DNA from: a virus | Strand: one strand, 5' to 3' | DNA: 37,452 nucleotides | IMG/VR virus record: IMGVR_UViG_3300021255_000078 | Location: 1 to 37,452 of that record | Shown here: positions 7,221 to 12,997 of the stretch, one piece after another | How the letters are laid out: each line of letters begins with the position of its first letter | Numbering within the stretch: position 1 is the stretch's first letter | Translations under genes and position numbers: made by a program | Notes under the pieces: generated by a model | Seen by the model: the letters and a program-made list of their open reading frames with translations, nothing else | Database searches by the model: none | What the model was told of the DNA's origin: nothing

Positions 7221-7874
7221 TCAGATAAGCAATCCCATATTTCTGGGAGTGCGGAAAATCCTGCTCCGAGGATAATTGTCTGTATAAGGCTCTGTAAGGG
7301 TGTTTCCCTGCACGACAACAGCATCAATCCCAAGAAGTGACAACTGCACATAGCACATATACACACCCTTCCAGTCCAAATCCTGAGCGACAACCCTCAT
7401 GCACTGCTGATAATTGAATCCCTTGCGTTTCAGAACATCGGCAAAGGCGATAATCATACCGCCGCCGCCGCAGGACGGTTCACTCACAGTAAGCGGATAA
7501 CTGCCGTCATAATCGTTCGGAATTGAAGTTTCCGCAGTCATAAGCGAAACGTTGTAAGGAGTGAAGAACTGCCCTGTATTCTTGTTTCCGCAGCCGCTTT
7601 CCATGTAGATTTCGCCTAAAATATCGGAGATTTTTTCATCAAAGGATTTGACAAGCCATGCAAACATAGTCACAAAATTATGCATATCGTCTTTGCTGTA
7701 TTTTTCGGCAATCCGGATATATCTTTTCTCCCTGTCATGCCATGTTCGGCTATGAATAATACAGAGAGAATTTGCAATCGCCAAAGCCATTAGTTCTATC
7801 CAGTCACAGAAAATATTGTATGGAGACTGACTGCCCGACATTGAATTTATTGTTTTGATTATTTCCTTTTTCAT
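7221..7874 (-). CDS. N6-adenine DNA methyltransferase-like protein lacking the catalytic motif (fragment or SAM-binding-only protein)
   Basis: 217 aa with GQFFTP (motif X), EPSCGGGG (motif I) and AQDLD. It then ends after GNTL+24 aa with no (D/N)PP(Y/F) motif and no target-recognition domain. Confidence 0.6.
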   Translation of the reverse strand: MKKEIIKTINSMSGSQSPYNIFCDWIELMALAIANSLCIIHSRTWHDREKRYIRIAEKYSKDDMHNFVTMFAWLVKSFDEKISDILGEIYMESGCGNKNTGQFFTPYNVSLMTAETSIPNDYDGSYPLTVSEPSCGGGGMIIAFADVLKRKGFNYQQCMRVVAQDLDWKGVYMCYVQLSLLGIDAVVVQGNTLTEPYTDNYPRSRIFRTPRNMGLLI

Positions 7875-7885
7875 GCCCTGCCCCC

Positions 7886-8920
7886 TCAGAAAAACTTATC
7901 ATGCTGATATTTCAAATCACTGTCATCAAGGTCAAGATAAATTTTTGTTGTCTCTATACTTGCATGACCTAACATTCTCTGAACATCAAGCAGCGACATA
8001 CCTTTTTTTATTGCAAACGTTGCCGCTGTTCTGCGAAAACGGTGAGGGTGACAGTTTTTCACTCCTGCGATTTCCCCGATATTTCGAGTTTGTCTTTCTA
8101 TGCTCGACTTTTCCCAACAGTCGTCAAAGGTCTTGCTTTCGTCACCGAGAGGGGAAAAAGCATAAACTTTATCGCCTGTGATTTCCCAGTATTCAAGAAG
8201 TCGCATTTTGGCAGTCGGTGTAATAAATACAGTTCGTTCCTTGCTGCCTTTGCCGAAAACAATTGCAGTCCTCTGTTCGAGGTCAATATCTTCACGTTTC
8301 AGCGTGGAGATTTCCCCTACACGGCAGGCGGTTGACAGCATAAATTCAACCAGTGCAACAGCTCTTTTTCGTTTTTCCTCCCGATGATTTCCGTCAAGCA
8401 CAAAACACGCATCACGGATTTTAGCGCAGTCAGTTTCCGAAAAGGCTTTTTTCTTGCGTTTCGGAGTGCGGACCTTTTTGATTGATGAGCAGATATTTTT
8501 GTCGATGTATCCCTCATCGGAGAGCCACCGAAAGAAAGTATTCAGAATCCTGCGTTCATTGTCCATTGTCGCAGGAGAACACTTTCTCTCAATCTGACGG
8601 TGAGCGAGATAGAAACGGATATCATCGGAAGTCAGAATATTAAGCGGTTTTTGCGTCATTCCGAGGAAACAGTCAATTACTTTTTTGTAATAATAAATGC
8701 TTTGTTCGGCTAATCCCTCAACCTTTTTTGCAACGAAAAACATGGTATAGCCCTTTTTGTCATCATCATAGACGACAAGTTCCGTGTGTTCTGGTTTTGG
8801 CTGAAAATCATACTTTCCGATTTCATAAAATACCGCCTGTTTTATTTGTTCAAGCTGAATGTCATTAAAGCCGTGAAGATTCTCATAAATTCCGCCCCAC
8901 AGCGTTCGCAAATCAACCAT
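7886..8920 (-). CDS. Tyrosine recombinase / phage-type integrase (344 aa)
   Basis: Contains RVGEIS, HPHRFRRTAAT and LGHASIETTKIYL, plus an N-terminal SAM-like core-binding region. SD is GGGGG. Confidence 0.85.
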   Translation of the reverse strand: MVDLRTLWGGIYENLHGFNDIQLEQIKQAVFYEIGKYDFQPKPEHTELVVYDDDKKGYTMFFVAKKVEGLAEQSIYYYKKVIDCFLGMTQKPLNILTSDDIRFYLAHRQIERKCSPATMDNERRILNTFFRWLSDEGYIDKNICSSIKKVRTPKRKKKAFSETDCAKIRDACFVLDGNHREEKRKRAVALVEFMLSTACRVGEISTLKREDIDLEQRTAIVFGKGSKERTVFITPTAKMRLLEYWEITGDKVYAFSPLGDESKTFDDCWEKSSIERQTRNIGEIAGVKNCHPHRFRRTAATFAIKKGMSLLDVQRMLGHASIETTKIYLDLDDSDLKYQHDKFF

Positions 8921-8930
8921 AACTACCCCC

Positions 8931-8959
8931 TTGACAAATCCAAAAATATGTACTATAAT
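8931..8959 (+). promoter_or_regulatory. Perfect consensus sigma-70 promoter on the plus strand
   Basis: TTGACA (8931-8936), 17-nt spacer, TATAAT (8954-8959). It points away from the integrase gene and into the 3' end of 9027..9500. Confidence 0.7.
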
Positions 8960-8965
8960 TAAATT

Positions 8966-9096
8966 GTTGCACAGGGATAAATGATTTAATAACCGTTGTC
9001 AACAGGCGGTTAAGTGAGCGAAGAAATTAATCATTATGCCTGAAAAGACTGCCGATTGAAATGCCTGACCGCTTTTCGTTGGCGGTCTTTTTCTTT
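8966..9096 (+). ncRNA. Candidate ~130-nt antisense small RNA (OOP-like)
   Basis: Runs from the predicted TSS after the 8954-8959 -10 box to the intrinsic terminator at 9067-9096. It has no SD-led ORF. It is antisense to the last ~23 codons of 9027..9500. Confidence 0.45.
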
Positions 9097-9500
9097 GCAA
9101 GATTCTGAATAATTCGTTTGAGTTCCTGAATTTCCTGCTCCTGAGCCTGAACCTTATCGGCAAGAGTTTCACCGTCCAGAGCGTTGACCTGACCGTCAAG
9201 CCTCTGATTGATTTCACGAAGTTTTTTATTTTCCTGAATCAGCAAATCGTTTTTCTGATTCAGGATTTTTTTGTTGCGTCTTGCACGTTTCATTCGTTCC
9301 GCAGTCTGTTTGCCGTCAATGATTTTCTTGCACCTGTCACAATACTTTCTGCGGATTAAAGAATAGAAATCCATGTCATTTTCGCTGCCGATGTACGCAG
9401 AACATTCAATGCAATAAAGATGTTTTACACCGTCCTCGTCCGTCCAGATAGCAGGATTTTTCAGACCCGTTTCAAGATAAGAATGTAACTTTTTATCCAT
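9027..9500 (-). CDS. Zinc-ribbon plus basic/coiled-coil protein (possible regulator or recombination directionality factor)
   Basis: 157 aa with CIEC...CDRC, then the basic stretch AERMKRARRNKK, then a heptad leucine region. It lies directly upstream of the 344-aa recombinase. Confidence 0.5.
   Translation of the reverse strand: MDKKLHSYLETGLKNPAIWTDEDGVKHLYCIECSAYIGSENDMDFYSLIRRKYCDRCKKIIDGKQTAERMKRARRNKKILNQKNDLLIQENKKLREINQRLDGQVNALDGETLADKVQAQEQEIQELKRIIQNLAKKKTANEKRSGISIGSLFRHND
9067..9096 (+). terminator. Rho-independent terminator (plus strand)
   Basis: GACCGC (9067-9072) / GCGGTC (9082-9087) stem with a 9-nt loop, followed by TTTTTCTTT. Confidence 0.6.
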
Positions 9501-9924
9501 TTATTTCACCCCCTTTTTTATCGTTTCCGTAACCGTTTCCGTAACTACGTAAACGTTCAATTTCTTTCAAATCATCAAGCAGGGAACAGCGTAATTTCTC
9601 TTGTTCAATCTTCATTTCCTTAATCAGAAAATTGTCACTGTTTTTAACCTCAAAAGAGTAGTGATTATCTGATTTTGTGCTGTCGTCCCACTGTAAATTG
9701 ACAGTCTGAGTGTTGGTTTCGTCTGCCAGTTCCAAATCAAGAATAAGTCTTTCGATTTGCTTTAATTTGTTCTTTGTGGAGTTCATATTTTCGATTATCT
9801 CACAAAGTTTGAAGAAATCAATGCTTATATCCTCGTCAGAATCGTCCGTGTCAGACCTTGCACCATGACCGTAGAAGAATCCCAATGCAAAGGCGACAAC
9901 TAAGAACATCACATACCACAGCAT
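9493..9924 (-). CDS. Membrane-anchored hypothetical protein (143 aa)
   Basis: N-terminal TM segment LWYVMFLVVAFALGFFY. The C-terminal residues SYGNGYGND are encoded by the inverted repeat at 9522-9555. Confidence 0.5.
   Translation of the reverse strand: MLWYVMFLVVAFALGFFYGHGARSDTDDSDEDISIDFFKLCEIIENMNSTKNKLKQIERLILDLELADETNTQTVNLQWDDSTKSDNHYSFEVKNSDNFLIKEMKIEQEKLRCSLLDDLKEIERLRSYGNGYGNDKKGGEING
9522..9555. repeat. 34-nt inverted repeat, left copy (self-hairpin made of three 10-12-nt units)
   Basis: CGTTTCCGTAACCGTTTCCGTAACTACGTAAACG is the reverse complement of 12097-12130 at 32/34 positions, with a 22-nt perfect core. TTAT lies immediately outside at 9518-9521. Confidence 0.9.
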
Positions 9925-9926
9925 AC

Positions 9927-10196
9927 TTATTTCATTCCAAAAAGTCTTTTTGTTGCCTCGAAAGAATAGACTTTTACAGTGTCGCCCTTTGGAACGAACT
10001 CATTAAACAGACCTGCGTCATAGAATCCGTCAGGTGCTTCGGTATCAATCATCATAAAATATCTGTTCTCGCCCCAGTATTCATTTACGGCAGCGGCGAT
10101 TTCCTCAATGTTGAGAGAACCTTTTGCCTTGCGAATCCAAAGCCCGTCATCTGAATAATCAAATTCAACGCTTATTCCTTTTTTCATTTTTCTCAC
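9927..10196 (-). CDS. Hypothetical protein (89 aa)
   Basis: ORF tightly packed in the operon, with a stop/start overlap to the upstream gene. Confidence 0.5.
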   Translation of the reverse strand: MRKMKKGISVEFDYSDDGLWIRKAKGSLNIEEIAAAVNEYWGENRYFMMIDTEAPDGFYDAGLFNEFVPKGDTVKVYSFEATKRLFGMK

Positions 10197-10516
10197 TCGC
10201 TTTCAATAAACGCCTGACAGTCCCAATTGTCCAGAACAACATATTTGTAGCCGAACATTGAAAGAACCATTTCAAGCCGTTCTGCCTCGTCTTTTGACTG
10301 ACAGTAAAATGTGTGGGTTCTGTTATCATCACCGAGATAATTCACTCTGTAAAGAATAACTTTTTCGTAGTTGTCAGCCCTGAAATCATCAGGTTCAAGA
10401 CCTGTCGCCTCGTAGTCACGGAGCTTGCAAAGTGCGCCGTACATATCAGAAGTACAGTCCTTGAAATCAATTCCTTTAACGTACCATTCGCCGTTTGGCT
10501 TTTTAACCGTAAACAT
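10193..10516 (-). CDS. Hypothetical protein (107 aa)
   Basis: GGAGGAATGAAAATG initiation region (track start 10522; second ATG preferred). Confidence 0.5.
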   Translation of the reverse strand: MFTVKKPNGEWYVKGIDFKDCTSDMYGALCKLRDYEATGLEPDDFRADNYEKVILYRVNYLGDDNRTHTFYCQSKDEAERLEMVLSMFGYKYVVLDNWDCQAFIESE

Positions 10517-10605
10517 TTTCATTCCTCCTTATTTAATCTATATTCAGCCCATGTTCGGGCATGGCAGCGGTACTTTTTTATAGCGAACCGCCGAATCGCT
10601 TACCA

Positions 10606-10626
10606 TTTGTTACAGCAAAGATGATA
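10606..10626. repeat. 21-bp perfect direct repeat, copy 1
   Basis: TTTGTTACAGCAAAGATGATA is identical to 11089-11109. Confidence 0.95.
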
Positions 10627-10628
10627 AT

Positions 10629-11075
10629 TTAATCTTCTTCAATATTTGTTCGTGATGTCGAAAGTCCTAAAAGATAATCTGCTGATACTCCAAAAAATTT
10701 TGCATATTCAACTATAACTTTTATTGGCGGGTCAGCAGAACCATTTTCATAGTGGCTTACACTTTGTTGAGTAACACCAATGTTTTTAGCTAATTCTTCT
10801 TGCGTTAATTTTTTTTCTATTCGTAAACTTGTTAAACGTTCTGCAAAGGTGCTGGGTGGTATTTCCTCACCGTATCCAAGAAGATAATCGGTAGATACGT
10901 TGAGATAATTAGCAATTTCCAATACTTGTTGTGTATTTGGTATTCTCTTATCATGACAGAAATATGAAATTGTATTCGGAACTACGCCCAGAACATTAGC
11001 AATTTCTTTTTGTGATACTCCCTTTTCATTCAAAGCACGTTCAATAAACTTACCAATTTTAATATATTTTGCCAT
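10629..11075 (-). CDS. Tandem XRE-family HTH protein (two HTH domains, 148 aa)
   Basis: Two copies of the ...Q.E.A..LGV....IS..E......P......IA..L.VS.DYLLG pattern. The ATG at 11075 has a GGAGAAA SD. The track extension to 11123 was rejected. Confidence 0.8.
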   Translation of the reverse strand: MAKYIKIGKFIERALNEKGVSQKEIANVLGVVPNTISYFCHDKRIPNTQQVLEIANYLNVSTDYLLGYGEEIPPSTFAERLTSLRIEKKLTQEELAKNIGVTQQSVSHYENGSADPPIKVIVEYAKFFGVSADYLLGLSTSRTNIEED

Positions 11076-11247
11076 TGAAAATTTCTCCTTTGTTACAGCA
11101 AAGATGATAGTACCAGAAGTCAAGCTCTTTCACGTTCTCGCACTTATCAATAATATCCGTTGCCGAAATATTTATCATTGCAATATCATACAGCTTATCA
11201 ACTATGTACATAGCTTTCAGCAGGTCAGAATTGGTGTATGCTTTCAT
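11059..11247 (-). CDS. Hypothetical protein (62 aa) with its 3' end remodelled by the HTH-gene insertion
   Basis: The ATG at 11247 has an AAGGAAA SD. The reading frame runs through repeat copy 2 into the HTH gene start region. Confidence 0.4.
   Translation of the reverse strand: MKAYTNSDLLKAMYIVDKLYDIAMINISATDIIDKCENVKELDFWYYHLCCNKGEIFNGKIY
11089..11109. repeat. 21-bp perfect direct repeat, copy 2
   Basis: Identical to 10606-10626. It sits directly upstream of the SD of the tandem-HTH gene. Confidence 0.95.
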
Positions 11248-11257
11248 GGCAGTTTCC

Positions 11258-11593
11258 TTAATAAGCAAATGCAGTGTCTACAAAAGTATGATAACCAAAT
11301 ACAGGATTTGTTTTGTTATGTTCATCATCAATACGAAACACATGATAATGTGTATGTAAGCCTTTGCCAAATGCACAATATTTTTCAAGTTCACTTTTAA
11401 GATTGGAATCGGTAATAATCATGCTATACAGCATACTTTCTGATAACATTTTTCTTGTTATAAGTTGTTCATCTTCTATGCACATCATTTTTTCAAAAAC
11501 TTTTGCTGAAATCCTCATATTGTTATTGTTATTGTCAAGTTGAAATACAGCAACCAAAATATATTTATATGTCTTAACATTTTGTTTTTCCAC
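11258..11593 (-). CDS. Hypothetical protein (111 aa)
   Basis: ORF in the operon with GGAGAAAAAAGTGG upstream. Confidence 0.5.
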   Translation of the reverse strand: MEKQNVKTYKYILVAVFQLDNNNNNMRISAKVFEKMMCIEDEQLITRKMLSESMLYSMIITDSNLKSELEKYCAFGKGLHTHYHVFRIDDEHNKTNPVFGYHTFVDTAFAY

Positions 11594-11605
11594 TTTTTTC
11601 TCCTT

Positions 11606-11815
11606 TCAGAATACCAGAACACGGTAAATGTCGTGAAGAATCGCAGCGCAGCTATCCCCTGTGATATTAACCTGTTTCCTGTGACCGTTCGTGTAGACAA
11701 TCTGAGCATACTCCTGACCGTTTACTGTTGCATAGCCGATATAATTCACGTTTTCACGGGAGTATTCACGCAGAATATCTCCCAGAGCCTCAATAAATTC
11801 ACGTTTCTTTTCCAT
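11606..11815 (-). CDS. Hypothetical protein (69 aa)
   Basis: ORF in the operon. AGGAGGAAAACA lies upstream of the ATG. Confidence 0.5.
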   Translation of the reverse strand: MEKKREFIEALGDILREYSRENVNYIGYATVNGQEYAQIVYTNGHRKQVNITGDSCAAILHDIYRVLVF

Positions 11816-12077
11816 TGTTTTCCTCCTGTTTTTTATCTTGTCTTATCTTAGAACCAAGTTTTAAAATTGCATAAGCCGCATCAAGTGAAATACCCGTTTC
11901 ATTACATATGTCCTCAATCAAATCTTCTACTTCAGCAAACATATCTCCCAAATCTTTACTTGAAACACCAAAAATTGATTTTTCATCAACATTCGGTGAT
12001 GCTGAACAAACACAGGTATAACCATGTTTATTACAATAAGAGACAAGTTCACGAACCATTTTTTTAACGTTTTTCAT
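11799..12077 (-). CDS. Hypothetical acidic protein (92 aa)
   Basis: AGAGG SD 9 nt upstream of the ATG at 12077 (track TTG start at 12083). Confidence 0.5.
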   Translation of the reverse strand: MKNVKKMVRELVSYCNKHGYTCVCSASPNVDEKSIFGVSSKDLGDMFAEVEDLIEDICNETGISLDAAYAILKLGSKIRQDKKQEENNGKET

Positions 12078-12096
12078 TTTCAAAAACCTCTTTCTG

Positions 12097-12130
12097 CGTT
12101 TGCGTAGTTACGGAAACGGTTACGCAAACG
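12097..12130. repeat. 34-nt inverted repeat, right copy (perfect 10-bp-stem hairpin)
   Basis: CGTTTGCGTA-GTTACGGAAACGGT-TACGCAAACG. It abuts the stop codon of 12131..12340, and TTAT lies immediately outside at 12131-12134. Confidence 0.9.
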
Positions 12131-12340
12131 TTATTCATCTGATGCATTTTCGCAGAGTTTTACAAAGTCAGACCTTATGAGCGTTTCTTTGTATTCATCA
12201 ATAATTTTCGGCATTTCGTGCGTATAAACCGCCCTGCCTACAACCTCCGACACATACTCATAAAAATATTTTAAGTCGTCACCTGTAAGCGTTGTAACGT
12301 CCGTGTATGCCATTATTATGGCGAGTTCACGTTTTGTCAT
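12131..12340 (-). CDS. Hypothetical protein (69 aa)
   Basis: The ATG at 12340 has a GGAGAA SD. The track start at 12391 overlaps the upstream ORF. Confidence 0.5.
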   Translation of the reverse strand: MTKRELAIIMAYTDVTTLTGDDLKYFYEYVSEVVGRAVYTHEMPKIIDEYKETLIRSDFVKLCENASDE

Positions 12341-12515
12341 AACTGTTCTCCGTTTCTTTGATACATCTTTCAATTTTATATGTATTGTCACAAATCAGAG
12401 CTGCAATATCATTTGTGGCAATATTGATACATTCTGCGGAAAGCATTTCAGCTCTGCCGTCCTGCACATTTACAATCATGCTTACGGGTATCGAAATCAT
12501 TCCTTCATCATTCAT
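12327..12515 (-). CDS. Hypothetical protein (62 aa)
   Basis: GGAGGAACAGAA-ATG. The start overlaps the cro-like stop. Confidence 0.5.
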   Translation of the reverse strand: MNDEGMISIPVSMIVNVQDGRAEMLSAECINIATNDIAALICDNTYKIERCIKETENSYDKT

Positions 12516-12718
12516 TTCTGTTCCTCCTGCTCCACGAGCTTTTCAACAGTTGTTCCGAGAATCTTTGCAAGCTGTACGCCCGTAATGATGTTCGGGAGTT
12601 TCATGCCCATTTCATATCTTGCAATTGTGGACTGTACGACTCCGAGTTCATTTGCAAGAACAAGCTGCGACATACCCTTTAATTCACGGTATTTCCTTAC
12701 GTTTTCAGCAAAAGCCAT
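12512..12718 (-). CDS. Cro-like XRE-family HTH regulator (68 aa)
   Basis: MAFAENVRKYRELKGMSQLVLANELGVVQSTIARYEMG is a classic XRE HTH. The ATG at 12718 has an AAGGAG SD. It is divergent from the repressor gene. Confidence 0.8.
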   Translation of the reverse strand: MAFAENVRKYRELKGMSQLVLANELGVVQSTIARYEMGMKLPNIITGVQLAKILGTTVEKLVEQEEQK

Positions 12719-12754
12719 TCTATCACTCCTTTTAAAATTTGTTTTGTCGAATTT

Positions 12755-12767
12755 ATGCCAAGGGCAT
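12755..12767. promoter_or_regulatory. Operator-like palindrome O1
   Basis: ATGCC-AAG-GGCAT, overlapping the -35 box of the plus-strand promoter. Confidence 0.6.
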
Positions 12768-12795
12768 TGACATTTTAAACAAAAAGTGCTATACT
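12767..12795 (+). promoter_or_regulatory. Promoter of the lysogeny (repressor) operon
   Basis: TTGACA (12767-12772), 17-nt spacer, TGC-TATACT extended -10 (12790-12795). Confidence 0.65.
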
Positions 12796-12877
12796 TAAAT
12801 TGCGTATATAAGTAAATAGCACATTTTGTTTGATTGGGGGTTTGCGTTACGGCTATCCGCCGCAGCTCCTCAGCAAT

Positions 12878-12892
12878 TATGCCAATGGCATA
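12878..12892. promoter_or_regulatory. Operator-like palindrome O2
   Basis: TATGCC-AAT-GGCATA, located at about +1 to +13 of the minus-strand promoter. Confidence 0.6.
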
Positions 12893-12897
12893 TTTAT

Positions 12898-12926
12898 ATA
12901 TTATCACGGATTTTCGTAATTGTCAA
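12898..12926 (-). promoter_or_regulatory. Early lytic promoter (minus strand)
   Basis: TTGACA (12926-12921), 17-nt spacer, TGA-TAATAT extended -10 (12903-12898). It is convergent with the 12767 promoter. Confidence 0.6.
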
Positions 12927-12997
12927 CGAAAATTAGACGGAAAATAATAAAACATACTAAAAATCGTTGTTTTTACTAAATTAAAAGAGGTGATTTT

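Larger units (their letters stand above)
9522..12130. other. IR-bounded 2.6-kb early-gene block (candidate invertible segment or TIR-bounded cassette)
   Basis: Bounded by the 34-nt inverted repeats and outer TTAT/TTAT. It contains seven small ORFs plus the 5' part of 9493..9924. Confidence 0.4.

Noticed and set aside
6404-7393. Long N-terminal extensions given by the ORF track (6404..7393, 12512..12907, 14129..15400, 10629..11123, 18326..18709, 18710..19168, 2470..2745, 12131..12391, 29865..30332)
   Set aside because: Each extension overlaps the upstream gene or a conserved non-coding box, and each lacks an SD. An internal ATG or GTG with a good SD lies just after the upstream stop.
7221-7874. 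Active orphan DNA methyltransferase (anti-restriction by self-methylation)
   Set aside because: The ORF ends before catalytic motif IV and has no target-recognition domain, so methyl transfer by this product alone is unlikely.
6231-8975. 9-nt inverted repeat (CCCTGTGCA at 6231-6239 and TGCACAGGG at 8967-8975) flanking the recombinase/MTase-like/recombinase trio as element ends
   Set aside because: Only 9 nt match, with no extension. By rough estimate the chance of such a match between the two intergenic windows is close to 0.1.
9522-12130. IS200/IS605-type element (subterminal hairpins, TTAT flank, and an HYH tripeptide in the 111-aa ORF)
   Set aside because: No ORF in the block resembles a Y1 HUH transposase or TnpB overall. 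The HYH occurs in the wrong sequence context. The two ends are inverted rather than same-strand hairpins.
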